A DNA stretch of 64,000 nt from Octopus vulgaris. Its lineage: Eukaryota. The DNA is taken from positions 25,978,001 through 26,042,000 of the forward strand of contig OX597829.1 in the NCBI GenBank assembly GCA_951406725.2, in the 5' to 3' direction. The position numbers and the translations under genes are program-made. The notes beneath the pieces are model-generated. The model made no database searches. It was not told where the DNA came from and saw only the letters and a program-made list of their open reading frames with translations. Of the stretch, positions 1-12,369 are shown piece by piece (position 1 is the stretch's first letter; each line of letters starts with the position of its first letter).

Positions 1-480
1 AATAACTGGAGATGAACAAACATGGAAGATTATAAAGAGAAACAGAAATCTTTACAATGGCTTCACAAGAGCAAAGAATTACAATTAATGTGGTTCAATA
101 AAAAGATTAGAAAAAAAATAAATAAAAGCTAGCATAAAGAATAAAACAAATAATAAAACTTAGCCTAAAGTAAGCGAATATCGTTAGTGGATAAAAGTAT
201 TAATCATCTAATCTAGCATATATGATGCTGTTGTTGCTGTTGTTGTGGTTTTGGTAGTGGTGCTGGGGATGGAGGTGATGCTGGTGGTGGAGGTAGTGGT
301 GTAGGAATTGTAGTGATGGTAGAGGGCTGTATCTAATACATCACTTTTTTTATTCTTAGTTCAAACCCCAAAATGTTGACTTTGTCTTCCCTCCTTGAGG
401 AGTCAATAAGTACAAGTCATGTAATTATTTTCAGATGATTATGGTTCTCCACCAAAAACAGTGCCAAAGTTAACCCTTCA

Positions 481-713
481 TATTTCTTTATTGCCCACAA
501 GGGGCTAAACATAAAGGGGATAAACAAGGACAGAGAAAGGTATCAAGTCGATTATATCGACCCCAGTACATAACTGGTACTTATTTAATCGACCACGAAA
601 GGATGAAAGGCAAAGTCGACATCAGCGGAATTTGAACTCAGAACATAGCGGCAGACGAAATACCGCTAATCATTTCGCCCGGCATGCTAATGTTTCTGCC
701 AGCATGCCACCTT
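481..713 (-). mobile_element. SINE family A (tRNA head, Deu/Nin-like central domain), full length
   Basis: Reverse complement of the copy at 1825-2060. B-box GTTCAAATTCC. Imperfect ~12-bp TSD AGTTAACCCTTC (468-479) / AGTTAACCATTC (714-725). Confidence 0.85.
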
Positions 714-930
714 AGTTAACCATTCTGTTACCATATTTCTGATGGCATACACTGCCTTTGTTTTAACTGATTTTGAAAATAATGAAGAATTTCATAAAAT
801 ATCCTTGTAATTATTAAACTGGTGTTTAGAACATAAATTAACATAAAATTTTAATGGAAGTATTTAATTTATATCACTTTAAAACTTTTGTTATATATTA
901 CCTTTGTTTCAATTGATTTTGAAAATAATA

Positions 931-1341
931 CTCTTTCTCTCTTTTCTCTCTCTTTTACTTGTATCAGCCATTTGACTGTGGCCATGCTGGAGTACTGCTT
1001 TTAGTCGAGCAAATCAATCCCAGGACTTATTCTTTGTAAGACTAGTACTTATTCTATCGGTCTCTATAACCGCTAAGTTATAGGGATATAAACACACTAG
1101 CATCGGTTGTCAAGTGATGTTGGGGTACAAACACAGACACACAAACATATACACACACATACATACATATATATACATATATACGACAGGCTTCTTTTAG
1201 TTTCCGTCTACCAAATCCATTCACAAGGCTTTGGTCGGCCCGAGGCTACAGTAGAAGACACTTGTCCAAGGTGCCACGCAGTGGGACTGAACCCTGAACC
1301 ATGTGCATCGTAAGCAAGCTACTTACCACACAGCCACTCCT
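931..1341 (-). mobile_element. SINE family B (tRNA head, internal (TA/TG)n, AAAAGAG-type tail)
   Basis: On the minus strand: A-box TGGCTGTGTGG, B-box GGTTCAGTCCC, then ACCTTGGACAAGTGTCTTC. About 18 copies or fragments occur in the window. Confidence 0.88.
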
Positions 1342-1443
1342 AAAAGTCAACATCGGTGGAATTTGAACTCAGAACATAAAAACAGACGAAATACCGTTTT
1401 TCATTTCTCCCGGTGTGCTAACGTTTCTGGCAGCTCGCTGCCT
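1342..1443 (-). mobile_element. SINE A, 5' half
   Basis: GGAATTTGAACTCAGAAC...CAGCTCGCTGCC matches the reverse of the SINE A head. Confidence 0.75.
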
Positions 1444-1666
1444 ATAATGAAGAATTTGATAAAATAACTTTGTTGTTAATATGGAGTTTAGAGTATCAAT
1501 GGAAACATGAAATCCTAAAGGACAGCTTTAAGATAATTTTAAAACAGGAAGTTTGCATCTTAGAACTAGCGGTGGTCTTGCTAGAGTTGGCATTCAAGAG
1601 GAATGCAATGAGGCAGAACAATGAATATAAAAGTAATGAGAAGACAGATCATGGATTAAAATTACC

Positions 1667-2270
1667 AGTGGCTATATGATAAGAAGTTTGGTTCCCAACT
1701 ACATCGTTCCAGGTTCAGTCTCACTGCGTGACACCATGGGCAAGTGTCTTCTGCTACAGCCTTGGGTCAATCAAAGCCTTGTGAGTGGATTTGGTAGATG
1801 GAAACTGAAAGAAGCCTGATAAAAGGCGGCGAGCTGGCAGAAACGTTAACACGCCGGGCGAAATGCTTAGCAGTATTTCGTCTGTCACTACGTTCTGAGT
1901 TCAAATTCTGCCGAGGTCAACTTTTCCTTTCATCCTTTTGGGGTTGATTAAATAAGTACCAATTATGCACTGGGGTCATTATAATCGACTTAATCTGTTT
2001 GTCTGTCTTTGTTTGTCCGCTCTGTGTTAAGCCCCTTGTGGGTAGTAAAGAAATAAGAAACTGATAAAAGCCTGTCACACATATGTATGAGTGTGTGTTT
2101 GTCTCCCACCACCAATTGACAACCTTTGTTGGTTTGTTTATGTTCCCATAACTTAGTGGTTTGGCAAAATGGGCCAATAGAATATGTACCAGGCTTTAAA
2201 AGAAAAAATAGTTAATTGAATTGATTTGTTCAGCTATAGCCATAGTCTAATGTCTGAAACAAGTAAAAAA
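1667..2270 (+). mobile_element. SINE B, interrupted by a SINE A
   Basis: Head and core at 1667-1824; the element resumes at ~2061 and runs to the GAAACAAGTAAAA tail. Confidence 0.8.
1825..2060 (+). mobile_element. SINE A nested in SINE B
   Basis: GGCGGCGAGCTGGCAGAAACG head. Flanked by CTGATAAAA at 1816-1824 and 2061-2069. Confidence 0.88.
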
Positions 2271-2424
2271 TATACAATAACACAGATTATGTGCTGTTTT
2301 AATGTTATATTCTCTATTTAACATCACTTTATACTCTAATACTCTTCCTCTGTGAATTTTAGGAAATATGGTATCACTGTGGTCAAGACAGAAGAGGTTT
2401 AGGAATTAGCTGTGATTATATTAA

Positions 2425-2645
2425 CCCTTTGGCGTTTAGATTATTCTTGTAAATGTAACACTTATTTATTCACATTGTTTTGAATTTATCCTGCATTATC
2501 TTGTAGCCTTGAGATTTCAATTATGTGGCTGTATATGTTTTAGACTAATATTGTAGGGTAGGTGTGAGAGGCATGATCTGGTCAATTTGAACATCGAACA
2601 AGTGAAATACTTTAGCCAGATATGACTGGTTTACATGCTAAAGAG
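2425..2645. mobile_element. piggyBac-type MITE (221 bp)
   Basis: TTAA on both sides (2421-2424, 2646-2649). Imperfect TIRs CCCTTTGGCGTTTA / TACATGCTAAAGAG. Partial copies at ~36465-36622 and ~50296-50404. Confidence 0.75.
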
Positions 2646-2929
2646 TTAAAGAAGGTCAGTTAGACGAAATTCTCATACATCATATATTCTGAACAAACAA
2701 CTGAGATTCTTTGATGTTTGCTTAACCCACTTGAAATAGCAGCTAAATATACCTTAAATCACACATTACAGGTCTCAAAAAACAGCACCAACAACAACAA
2801 CTTTTTAGTTAATACAACTCAAGATAAATTATTCCTGAATGAAAATGGTATTACCGTGGCTGGCTTGCAAGTAATCCTAGATCCAGCTTTGAGGCTAAAC
2901 AACAGCAGCTGCAGCAGCAACAACAACAA

Positions 2930-3215
2930 CGCTTTCCATATGATAATGAAAATGGAATCAAAGAAAGAAAAAATTATAAAGTATTTGAAATTAACCTTAG
3001 AACTGAGGGAACACCAAGGAAACAATTGCTATTGATGTTTGAAGATGATTCCTATTGTTGTTGAAACAATGGTAACAACTGCAACAACAACAACAATAAC
3101 AGTTGCACAAGAGACCAGCAGTTTCTAATGAAACTGAGATTCCTCTATTGTGTAGTTACAGGAAGCCGCCATTCACCATTCTGTAATAATCCTCTAAAAA
3201 GTCCTTGAGAGAGAG
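2930..3215 (+). pseudogene. Decayed C-terminus of an R4/Dong-like LINE restriction-like endonuclease
   Basis: KKEKIIKYLKLTLELRE...KMIPIVVETM...LQEAAI..IL*KVL resembles the KEKI.KY..L..E...VIPIVVGALG...LQKAAL..IL.KVL pattern. Confidence 0.5.
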
Positions 3216-3360
3216 TTAAGGAAAGAAAATTGCCACCTAATCAACTGAAATGTTCAGTGGACTACTACTGCTACTACTACTACTACTGCAGCAGCAGTTG
3301 CTGCTGCTACTGCTGCTGCTGCTGATGATAATGATGATGATGATGATGATGATGATAATA

Positions 3361-3580
3361 CTTTCTACTATAGGCACAAGGCCTGAAATTTTGTGGGAGG
3401 GGACTAGTTGATTACATCAACTGCAGTACTCAACTGGTAATTAATTTATTGATCCTGAAAGTATGAAAAGCAAAATCGACCTTGGAAAAATTTGAACTCA
3501 GAACGTAGTGACTAATGAAATGCTGCTAAGCATTTTACCTGCTATGCTAATGATTGTGCCAGTTCACCACCTTAATAATG

Positions 3581-3634
<54 letters not shown>

Positions 3635-4050
3635 CAATCTCACATTTTGGCATTTGGCCAACAATTTTGGGTGAGGGGCGTAGTCAATTATATTGACCCC
3701 AGTGCTTAACTGGTACTTTTATTTCATTGACCCCCAAAAGGATGGAAGGTAAAGTAGACCTTGGCAGAATTTGAACTCAGAATGTAAAAGCATATGAAAT
3801 AATGTTAAGCATTTTGCTCAGAGTGCTAACAGTTGTTCTACCAGCTCATCACTTTGATAATGATGATGATGAGGAGGAGGTGGAGGAGGATAAATGTTTC
3901 AAATTATGGCACAAGGCCAGCAATTTTAGTGGAGGAAGATAGTTATTTATATTGACCTATCCCTCTTCAATACATGATTGGTACTTTATTTTATCAACCC
4001 CCAAAGAGATGAAAGACAAATTTGACTTCAGTGAGGATTTAAAGTCACAG
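3361..4050 (-). mobile_element. Three head-to-tail older SINE A copies separated by (GAT)n, (AAT)n and (GAG)n
   Basis: Copies at ~3361-3572, ~3640-3855 and ~3897-4050 each carry the ACTGGTACTT..ATTGACCCC..GGATGAAAG module. Confidence 0.75.
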
Positions 4051-4196
4051 AAGGGCATCCAGCTGTAGAAACTCTGCCAGATCAGATTGGAGTCTGGTGC
4101 AGCCATCTGGTTCGCCAGACCTCAGTCAAATCATCCAACCCATGCTAGCATGGAAAGTGGACATTAAACGATGATGATGATGATGATGATGATGAT
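4051..4196 (+). mobile_element. 5'-truncated RTE LINE 3' end with (GAT)n tail
   Basis: AAGGGCATCCAGCTGTAGAAAC...CCAACCCATGCTAGCATGGAAA..(GAT)n. The same tail ends the RTE relic at 6181-7037. Confidence 0.75.
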
Positions 4197-4279
4197 CACA
4201 AGGGAAGAAAGAAAACTTCAGATGAAAAATGTTGTATGGAACTGTTGAGATCTGATAAAAATTAATAATGAAACATTAA

Positions 4280-4511
4280 GGGCAGCGAACTGGCAGAATC
4301 GTTAGCACGCAGGGCAAAATGCTTAGCAATATTTCGTCTACCGTTAAGTTCTGAGTTCAAATTCCGCAGAGGTCGACTTTGCCTTCCATCCTTTCAAGGT
4401 TGATTAAATAAGTACCAGTGATGCGCTGGAGTCAATGTAATCAACTTAATCACTTTGTCTGTCCTTGTTTGTCTCCTCTATCTTTATCCCCCTGTGGGCA
4501 ATAAAGAAATA
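4280..4511 (+). mobile_element. SINE A with a 16-bp TSD
   Basis: TSD AATAATGAAACATTAA at 4264-4279 and 4512-4527. Confidence 0.9.
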
Positions 4512-4954
4512 AATAATGAAACATTAAATTCAATGATATTTCTTATTAAACTCAATGGGACTGCCACTTTGGTTTTGGATGTTTATTTTACAGAGAACTT
4601 GAAACTGAATGTAGATCAGAACCAGTTTGGGCTGCATTTTAGCTCAGTTTGTCTTCATCCACTTGAGGAAATGAATTTATGAATCACTTTAGAATGCAAT
4701 GAATACAACTAATGAGTGAAGGTAGTTAACTTCCCTCACATACACTCATCTTTCACACATACACGCAAACACACACACACACACACACATACATACACAC
4801 ACGCTCATTATTCATATAACCATATTCACTGATGGTTGTGTGGTTAAAAATTTTGCTCCCCCTACCACATGGTTTCAGAAGTCCATCATGTTCACACACA
4901 CACATACACACACACACACACAAACACACACACATATACATGCATGCATACATA

Positions 4955-6175
4955 CAGGGTGCAATGGGTAAATTGTTGCCATTTTATATTTTTAATTTCA
5001 CACATGCACATTGTTTAACTTTTGATTTTGTCAACTATACAGTATAGTAGGGTCAGTTAGGCACTGTTTATGAGAAAAACAGCACCATGACACAATTCAC
5101 TCTGCCAGAAATTTGGAAACGACATGCTGTTCTGCCTGGCAGTCAAAGTGAAAGCTCTGATACAATAATTTCAGAGTGTTTAGGTGTCAATCTGAGGAGA
5201 GCGTAGAGGGTTTGGAAAGAGTTGGATGAGTCTAATGGTGCTTATGAAGGAACTGCAGCTAGGAAAACCCACTCTGATCATTCTGATTAGAAAAGAACTC
5301 CTAAATTTGTTGGTGAGATCCAGGCCATGATTGACAACGATCCCTCCAAGTTAATCAGGTCTATCGCCAGGGACATTGGAGTGTCTGATTTTCTTATCAG
5401 GCAGGTAGTGCATGAAGACATTTGGTATTCCTCATACAAGATGAGAAAGGGCCAATTTTTATCCCAAGCCTTCAAGGACAAGAGGAAAGACTGAGCTACA
5501 AAGCTTTTGAACAAACATGCTTTGGTTTTTCCGCAGATGAGAAAAATTTCTGCCAGGATCAGACTGTGAATACACGGAACAACTGTTGGCTTGCTGTGTC
5601 CCCAAAACATGTACTGAGAGTGATAAAAATCAAACATCCAGTCAACATCATGGTGTTTGAAGTGATCCCTAGTGATGGTGAGGTTATGCCTCCATTCATC
5701 TTCCCACATGACCTCAAACTAGGAAGTAGTGCTGTCCTGGGTCAGAGATTGCAGTAGCAATCTGCACTATGTCACACAAGCAGGAAAACCCAGTCATAGC
5801 TGTCAGACAATTTCTGTGACCACATCACCCCTAACATATGGCACCCCAGACTGCAACTCCTTTGTTTATTATATGTGGGGTGCAGCTGAGTGAGAGACCA
5901 ATAAAACTCCTTGTAACACCAAAGATGAACTGAAGGCAAAGATTATGGTAGCATTCACCAACTTAAACAAGGAAACTGTCCAGAAGAGTTGCATGAGATT
6001 CCAGAATTGTCAGGAGGCCGTGGTTGAAGTCAATGGCAATTTTATTGAATAAATTTACTCTTTAGTATTTCAAGATATTTTAATGTAATTTTCATAAATA
6101 TATCTGTTAAAATGAGGTGTCAGTGTTATTTTCATTTTTGTATAATTTAGGCAACAATTTATTCATTGCACCCTG
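4955..6175 (+). mobile_element. Full-length decayed Tc1/mariner-superfamily transposon, DD37D (maT) type
   Basis: 26-bp TIRs CAGGGTGCAATGGGTAAATTGTTGCC (4955-4980) and 6150-6175, matching at 24/26. TA TSD at 4953-4954 and 6176-6177. Confidence 0.9.
5087..6052 (+). pseudogene. DD37D transposase pseudogene
   Basis: ATG at 5087, TAA at 6050-6052. Motifs include DEKNFCQDQTVNTRNN, KHPVNIMVF..IPSDGEVMPPFIFP, HTSRKTQ, HITPNIW..PDCN..YYMWG and EAVVEVNGNFIE*. Contains stops and frameshifts. Confidence 0.85.
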
Positions 6176-6180
6176 TATAT

Positions 6181-7037
6181 ATTGCATAGTTGCTAGAATA
6201 AGAATGGGTTCAGAGAGCTGCACTCTTTGTTAGTAGCAAAGGGCCTCACACTCAGAGTGAAAAGCAGATTTTATGATGCCTGTGTATGTACAGCTATGCT
6301 ACACGGCAATGGAACATGAGCTGTGAATACAGAGGACACACAGAGGTGCGAAAGAAGTGAAGCTAGAATATTCTGATGGATGGGTAATGTCAATGTACCT
6401 GTACACTAGTGTAAATGATTCAAGAGAAAAATTGGGCATATGAGGCATCAGACGTAGTGTGCAAGAGAGAGGACTGTGCTGGCATAGTCATCTGATGCAT
6501 ATGGATGAGGACAACTGTATCAAGAAGTGCTAATCTCTAATTGTGGAGGAAACATGTGGAAAGAGTAGATCCAGGAAAATGAGGGATGAAGTATTGAGAA
6601 AGGATCTTCAGACATTAGATGTCTTCTGGTGGTTTGCAGTAGTTGAGAAAACACATCAAACTAAGTAAAATTGTGGTTGTCAATGCATACAGGTATGTCC
6701 TCTAATTCTCTCTTTCAGCCAAGATTTCCTTGTCTTGCAGGCTTATGGGTGCTGATGCTAGGTAAAAACACCCATGCCAAGGCCATGTAAATGTGCCCAT
6801 GCCAGTCCTGCATAAAAGTGTCTGTGACAGGGCCATGTAAAGTACCCATGCCATGTTAAACCACTTGTGCAGGTGTCACATGAAAATATCAAATGCACTC
6901 TGTAAAGTAGTTGGCATTAGGAAGGGCATCCTGCTGTCAAAAACTGTGCCAAAACAGACAAATGGACTCCTGTCAAACCATCTAATCCATGCGAGCATGG
7001 AGAACAGATGTTCAAGGATGGTCATAATGATGATGAT
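6181..7037 (+). mobile_element. RTE LINE 3' relic (RT C-terminus, 3' UTR, (GAT)n tail)
   Basis: FRELHSLLVAKGLTLRVKSRFYDACVCTAMLHGNGT*AV is the RTE LLYGSETW-type region. Short tandem repeats and the AAGGGCATCC tail follow. Confidence 0.8.
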
Positions 7038-7249
7038 ACAGAAGGTGGCCTGCATATATTCTAATTCAAAGGAGCAGTGACCATTCCAGTAGTGGTAGAA
7101 AATGGTTGAGAGAAAAAAACAATATATCTCATTATAAAGTTTCACAAGTTAATTTTTGCCAATTTGCAAAGTTATTTCTGCTTGGTTGCAGTGATGTATA
7201 ACAACATCCAATAGTCTGGTTAATCCCATGATCATGTGATATTTATATA

Positions 7250-8045
7250 TATTTATCATCATTCATCACCATCATCCTTTGATGTCAATCTGCTATCACT
7301 CTGATTGCCCTCTCATATCTACTATGATATATATTGCTCTCTTATGGACCTCTATATCATCCTCACCTCTGCGATTACACCTTGCTCATCATTCTACTAC
7401 TTTTTGATTTGTTCTCCTTTCTGAATCACTCCTACCTCTTTCACCTTACTCCTCTCCATACTGGTATTTCCCTTCGATTGCTCTGCCACCCTTGTTCATT
7501 TCTTGCTACATTCACATCTACTCCAATCTCTAATCATTTATTACTCTTCCCTCAAACTATCATGAAACTTACTCCTCTCCTTACAATCTGCAGTCTGTAT
7601 TCTCTCTTTTACCCACCTTCTTGTACCTTGAGATAACCTGACATCATACCACAATCCTCTTTATCTTCTTTCTGGCTACCCCCATCTTTTGCCATACATG
7701 CAAGCTTGTACCTCCACCACACTTTAAGCTCTCAACACCTGGCATAAAACCATCACCCTTCCTCCTCCTCCTCTCTAATACTAACCTTACCAGTTAGTTG
7801 AGGAAGATTTTTCCTTTTCCCCCTCCCCCTTTTCCCTGTTCTTTTTTGTCATTCCAGGCCCACGAAAAATTCACCCCATACACTCTGTAAAGTGGTTGGC
7901 ATTTGGAGGGGCATCCAGCTGTAGAAACTAGCAATGCTGACTTAGGAGCTTCAACACAGCCCTGTAGTTTGCTGGATCCTGTCAAACCGTCCAACTCATA
8001 CCTGCATGGAAAGTGGATGTTAAGTGATGATGATGGAGATGATGT
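7250..8045 (+). mobile_element. Old C/T-rich element ending in the RTE-type (GAT)n tail
   Basis: Tail at ~7860-8045. A similar architecture occurs at 33720-34440 (+) and at 32220-32640, 41850-42650, 47092-48110 and 49880-50295 (-). Confidence 0.55.
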
Positions 8046-8274
8046 TTCCATGCTTGTATCTGTTAGGTGGAACGTATTGATGCAGATTTTTTTTGCAGCT
8101 GGATGTTTTTCTGTTGCTAACTCTTGTTTCCAAGCAAGGCAATATTTCCCTGTGGTCAGACATGTTTTTCATGGAAGACTGGAAAAGGACAACAATGCTT
8201 GTATGACAGTGATGTTAAAACAAAGGGACACACACACACACACACACACACATGTATGCATGCACACACATATG

Positions 8275-8323
<49 letters not shown>

Positions 8324-8324
8324 A

Positions 8325-8690
8325 TACAAATAAGAAAATGGAGAAACAAATTTAGTTTGTTCATCAACTTTCGGATATTAGAATGTTGAACTATTTATTC
8401 ATTTAACAAAATCAGAACCTTAATAGCATACATATATACCTTATAATTCAATACATATAAGATAAGAATACAAATTATAAAAATCATAATATAAATTATT
8501 GAAATCATTAAAATCATTTCTTACAGCTGTTTCAGCCTATGGTTAAAAGTAGTTATTTTTATTTTTATTGCCTATAGTTGTCAATATATTGAGGCTGTAG
8601 GCATTTAAAAATAGGGTACTTATAATGCAAAAAGTGCATTGTGATCAGCAATATATAACAACATCTGATAGTCTGGTCGGTCATGTGGTC
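8325..8690 (-). mobile_element. Possible Penelope-like LTR relic between microsatellites
   Basis: Minus strand has GAAACAGCTGTAAG (hammerhead GAAA plus palindromic stem III), but no CTGANGA core was found. Confidence 0.35.
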
Positions 8691-8758
8691 ATATATATAT
8701 GTGTGTGTGTGTGTATACACACATGTATATATACACACATGTATATATACATACAAGC

Positions 8759-8891
<133 letters not shown>

Positions 8892-9455
8892 GGTATGTAT
8901 GTATGTATGTATGTATGTATGTACAACTGTATATCAATGAGAGTCAAGTGGAGAAAGAAGGATATCAGGAGGCTGAAGTAAAACAGGCAAAAGTAATGAT
9001 GATGGAGATGATGGTGGCACTGGCCCTCATGGTTTTTGATCTTAACTGATTGGAAGTGTTATCATGTACATATAACCATGATGGTATTTGAATTTAGAAC
9101 ATTTTGTCCAATACACTAATGATTCTACCAGTTCACCACCTTGACTTCAGTAATTAATATGAACACTGGTTCCATAGTCTTCTGAGTAAAGTTAAGAGGA
9201 TAATAAATATAGAAAGGAATTAAAGCTGCCAGGAGAACTCAAAAGACAATAATAGAATTCCTTTGTCATTTCCAGTAGTAATGTCCATTAAAGTGTAGTT
9301 TGATGGAACTGTAAAGTTTAACATTGACAATAAAAGAAAGCAATAAAGTTTTAAGTACATATAGTTAGCCTTTTTTGCCTTTATGGCTGCTATTGTTGTT
9401 TAACCCAAGGTTAACACTGATCAAGCAAACTCATGAACAACAATCTACTAATAAT

Positions 9456-9655
9456 ATTTTCTACTCTATGCACAAGGCCTGAAATTTTTGGGGAGGGGGC
9501 CAGTCAATTAGATCGATCCCAGTACGCAGCTGGTACTTAATTTATTGACCCCGAAAGGATGAAAAGCAAAGTCAACCTCGGTGGAATTTGAACTCAGTAT
9601 GTAAAGACAGACGAAATACCACTTAACATTTTGCCCGGCATGCTAATGTTTCTGC
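9456..9655 (-). mobile_element. SINE A with an 18-bp TSD
   Basis: TSD CAACAATCTACTAATAAT at 9438-9455 and 9656-9673. Confidence 0.9.
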
Positions 9656-10129
9656 CAACAATCTACTAATAATGACTATGCTATTACTTTGTACATATAG
9701 GTTAGCTCTGTCCAATCTATTCTTCCTCTTTTTAAGCAATAGAATATTTTTTAGAGAGATTTCACTGCTCTGTCTGATACATTGAGTAGCCACATAGAAA
9801 CTCTGTCATTAGCTCATCTTTTCAGTCGGTAGTTGATATTGTTTAGCCTCAGCTCAAACATGATCAAGCAAACCAAGAGAGAGATCTTAATCCTTTCAAT
9901 ACCAACTCACCTGAGACTGCTCCTAGTTCTATGATACACATTTCTAGTTTTAAAATTGTAACAGGATAAAAGGTCTGTAACACTGGATGGGTGCAGCTCT
10001 CATCCTTTCTAATCGAAGGAAAGAGTCAAGACTTCTGATTAACTTCAACAGCATAAATATTTTATTTCTGGATTCGCAATATATACATTCTTCTTCAGGG
10101 CGAATCAGCAACATAGGAGCTCATCACAG

Positions 10130-12262
10130 TAGTCAAGTGGAGTGAAACTTAATAATAAGATAGCAGAAACAATGAAAAATCATAAGTTTCGCTGTCATAA
10201 ACTTAATTGCATCAGAAGCAAATATTAATATGACCAAGCTAAATAAAATATGTAGCAACCTCTGTGGTCACAAGGACAAATGGATGTTTCTTAAAATCCA
10301 TCAAAAACAAGAGTATCACACCATAAAAACAAAGGTATGGGGAAACTAATATCCAGTAAAAAAAAAAGATAGAAAATAAAAGAAAGGATCTGTCAATCCT
10401 TAGTATCCAAACAACACTGCTAAACAGCAAGAAAGAAAACTATTACAGAAATATTTCGTTTTTGGATTTGGTTTGCAAGATTCTTTATGTGAGTTCGTGT
10501 GTTGAAGCATATTCTGTTGAGTCTGGGGAGAGTCATTTTCTTTTTGTGCCTTATAATTCAACACACTCACCAGTAAAATTTCCACTTATTTCTTATTTTT
10601 ATTTTCCTAAACTTTTCATTGCGTCTTGCAACCTTTTCAATAGTCTTGAGTCAAGACAACAAATATTTTAGGAAAATAAGAAATAAGGGGAAATTTTACC
10701 AGTGAGTGTGTTAAATTATATGGCATAAAAAGAAAATGACTCTCCCCAGACACAACAGAATATTACGGAAATATAAAGTAAGAAAACAACATGTACCTGA
10801 CACAAAAGAACATTCAATGTAAGATATCCTTGCTAAATCACAAAGAATCCATTGGTATGAAAAATGCAAATGATTCTTTGAACAAAATCAGTAGTTTAGC
10901 TACAACCCAAAATAATTCTACCAAGAACTTGATAAAAATAAAACAGAAATCAAGGCAGTACTGGCAGTAGGAAAAATGGAAGTGTTTTGGAAAGAAGTAT
11001 GGTTGGCTAAGGAACTACTCCATAAAAAAAAATCAATTAAAACAACACACACTGTACCTGAACAATTCTGGACACCCATAACAAAAATTTAACTGGAAAT
11101 CATTAGGGCATGACAAAATTCCCAATTTCTGGTTAAAATATTTAAATAGAATGCACAAGGCGCTGGTAAAGCAATTCTATGAGATGCTAATGGAGTCAGA
11201 AGCAATACCTGAATGGCCTACAGAAGGAAAAAACCATCCTAATTCCCAAATCTACTGAAACTACAAACCCACAAAACAACAGACCCTACAATCTACAAAG
11301 CTTTAACTACAATAATATCACAGAGAATGAGTAGACATCTAAAAGAAACAATCTGTTTTCAGAAGAGCAGAAGAGATACTACAAAGACTCATATAGTTGT
11401 AAAGACCAGTTATTGATCAACAAATCCATAACTGAAGACTGCCGAAAGAAAAAGAAGGGTTTAAGCATAGCTTAGATCGATTAACGGAAGGTTTTTGACA
11501 ATATTCCCCACACATGGATTCTAGAGACAATAGCCATGAACAAGGAAGCACCATCAATAATAAAATAGACAAAGCATGTCATGAATAAATGGCAAATGGT
11601 TCTGCAGTCACAGGCAAATGAGGAAATTATAAAAATTAAAACCATCTCCATTAGAAGAAGTATATTCAAAGAAGATTCATTCTCTCTGTTCCTTTTCTGT
11701 CTGGCACTGATGCCTTTGACAGAAATGATTATGGATACAACTGTTATAGCAAAACAATCAATCATCTCATGTATATGGATGATATAAAGCTGTATGCTGC
11801 ATATGATTGACAACTGGAAGCATTAATGCAGAAAATGCATGAATTTACCAAACAAATAAATATAAAAGTTGGCAGAGAAAAATGTACCAAAGCAACCCTG
11901 AAAAAAAAAAAAAGGAAAATTAGTTAAGAACAACAGCATCACACTAAGTAAAAACATGAAATAAGATAACTAGACCAAAGCCAGGGAAAGAAAAAACTTT
12001 GTATAACACACAACTTGAAAGAAAAACTAAGGGGAAAATATTCTAGACAAGTTAGATAAGTACTTAAAATAGAGCATAATGTGAAAAATAAGGTAGTAGG
12101 TTTCAATACTCTAGCTGTCTCAGTTATAAGTAATGGGTACAATATTTTTAATTGGACATGAAATAAACTAGCCAAAGTAGATGGGAAAATGAGAAAAATA
12201 ATGATGGAATTTAGAATACATCACCTAAAATCTGACATAGTAAGGTTATATATACAACGAAT
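10130..12262 (+). pseudogene. R4/Dong-clade LINE reverse transcriptase relic
   Basis: PNFWLKYL, IPEW.TEGK.ILIPK, CKDQLLINK, D*RKVFDNIPHTWI, IRRSIFKEDSFSLFLFCLALMPL and HLMYMDDIKLYA (RT domains 0-5). Many disablements. Confidence 0.85.
10439..10762. repeat. Fold-back insertion inside the R4 LINE
   Basis: Inverted arms at 10510-10611 and 10667-10762. The spacer contains the palindrome GTCTTGAGTCAAGAC. Confidence 0.8.
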
Positions 12263-12369
12263 TGAAAGTGGAAGTTACCAATAGTAGTCTCCAATCGGAA
12301 AGTCCTCTGGAGCAGACTAATCAATTCATTTTCGTCTATGCCCAGAACTCCTCCAAAACGTTGCTATTG

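Larger units (their letters stand above)
716..1600. mobile_element. Old TTAACC-ended MITE-like repeat, internally duplicated, with nested SINEs
   Basis: Starts TTAACC. Segment CCTTTGTTT..TGATTTTGAAAATAAT recurs at ~755 and ~901 and resumes after the SINEs at ~1445. A related fragment lies in reverse at ~9887-9957. Confidence 0.4.

Noticed and set aside
1107-1313. Recurrent small ORFs ending GLNPEPC or [11 protein letters not shown], suggesting a gene family
   Set aside because: All are translations of SINE B copies.
1825-1915. tRNA-like sequences with A and B boxes
   Set aside because: These are SINE heads: no clean cloverleaf, and they continue into SINE bodies with TSDs.
9971-10130. TGTAAC-starting segment resembling a solo LTR
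   Set aside because: No matching end, TSD, PBS or second LTR found.
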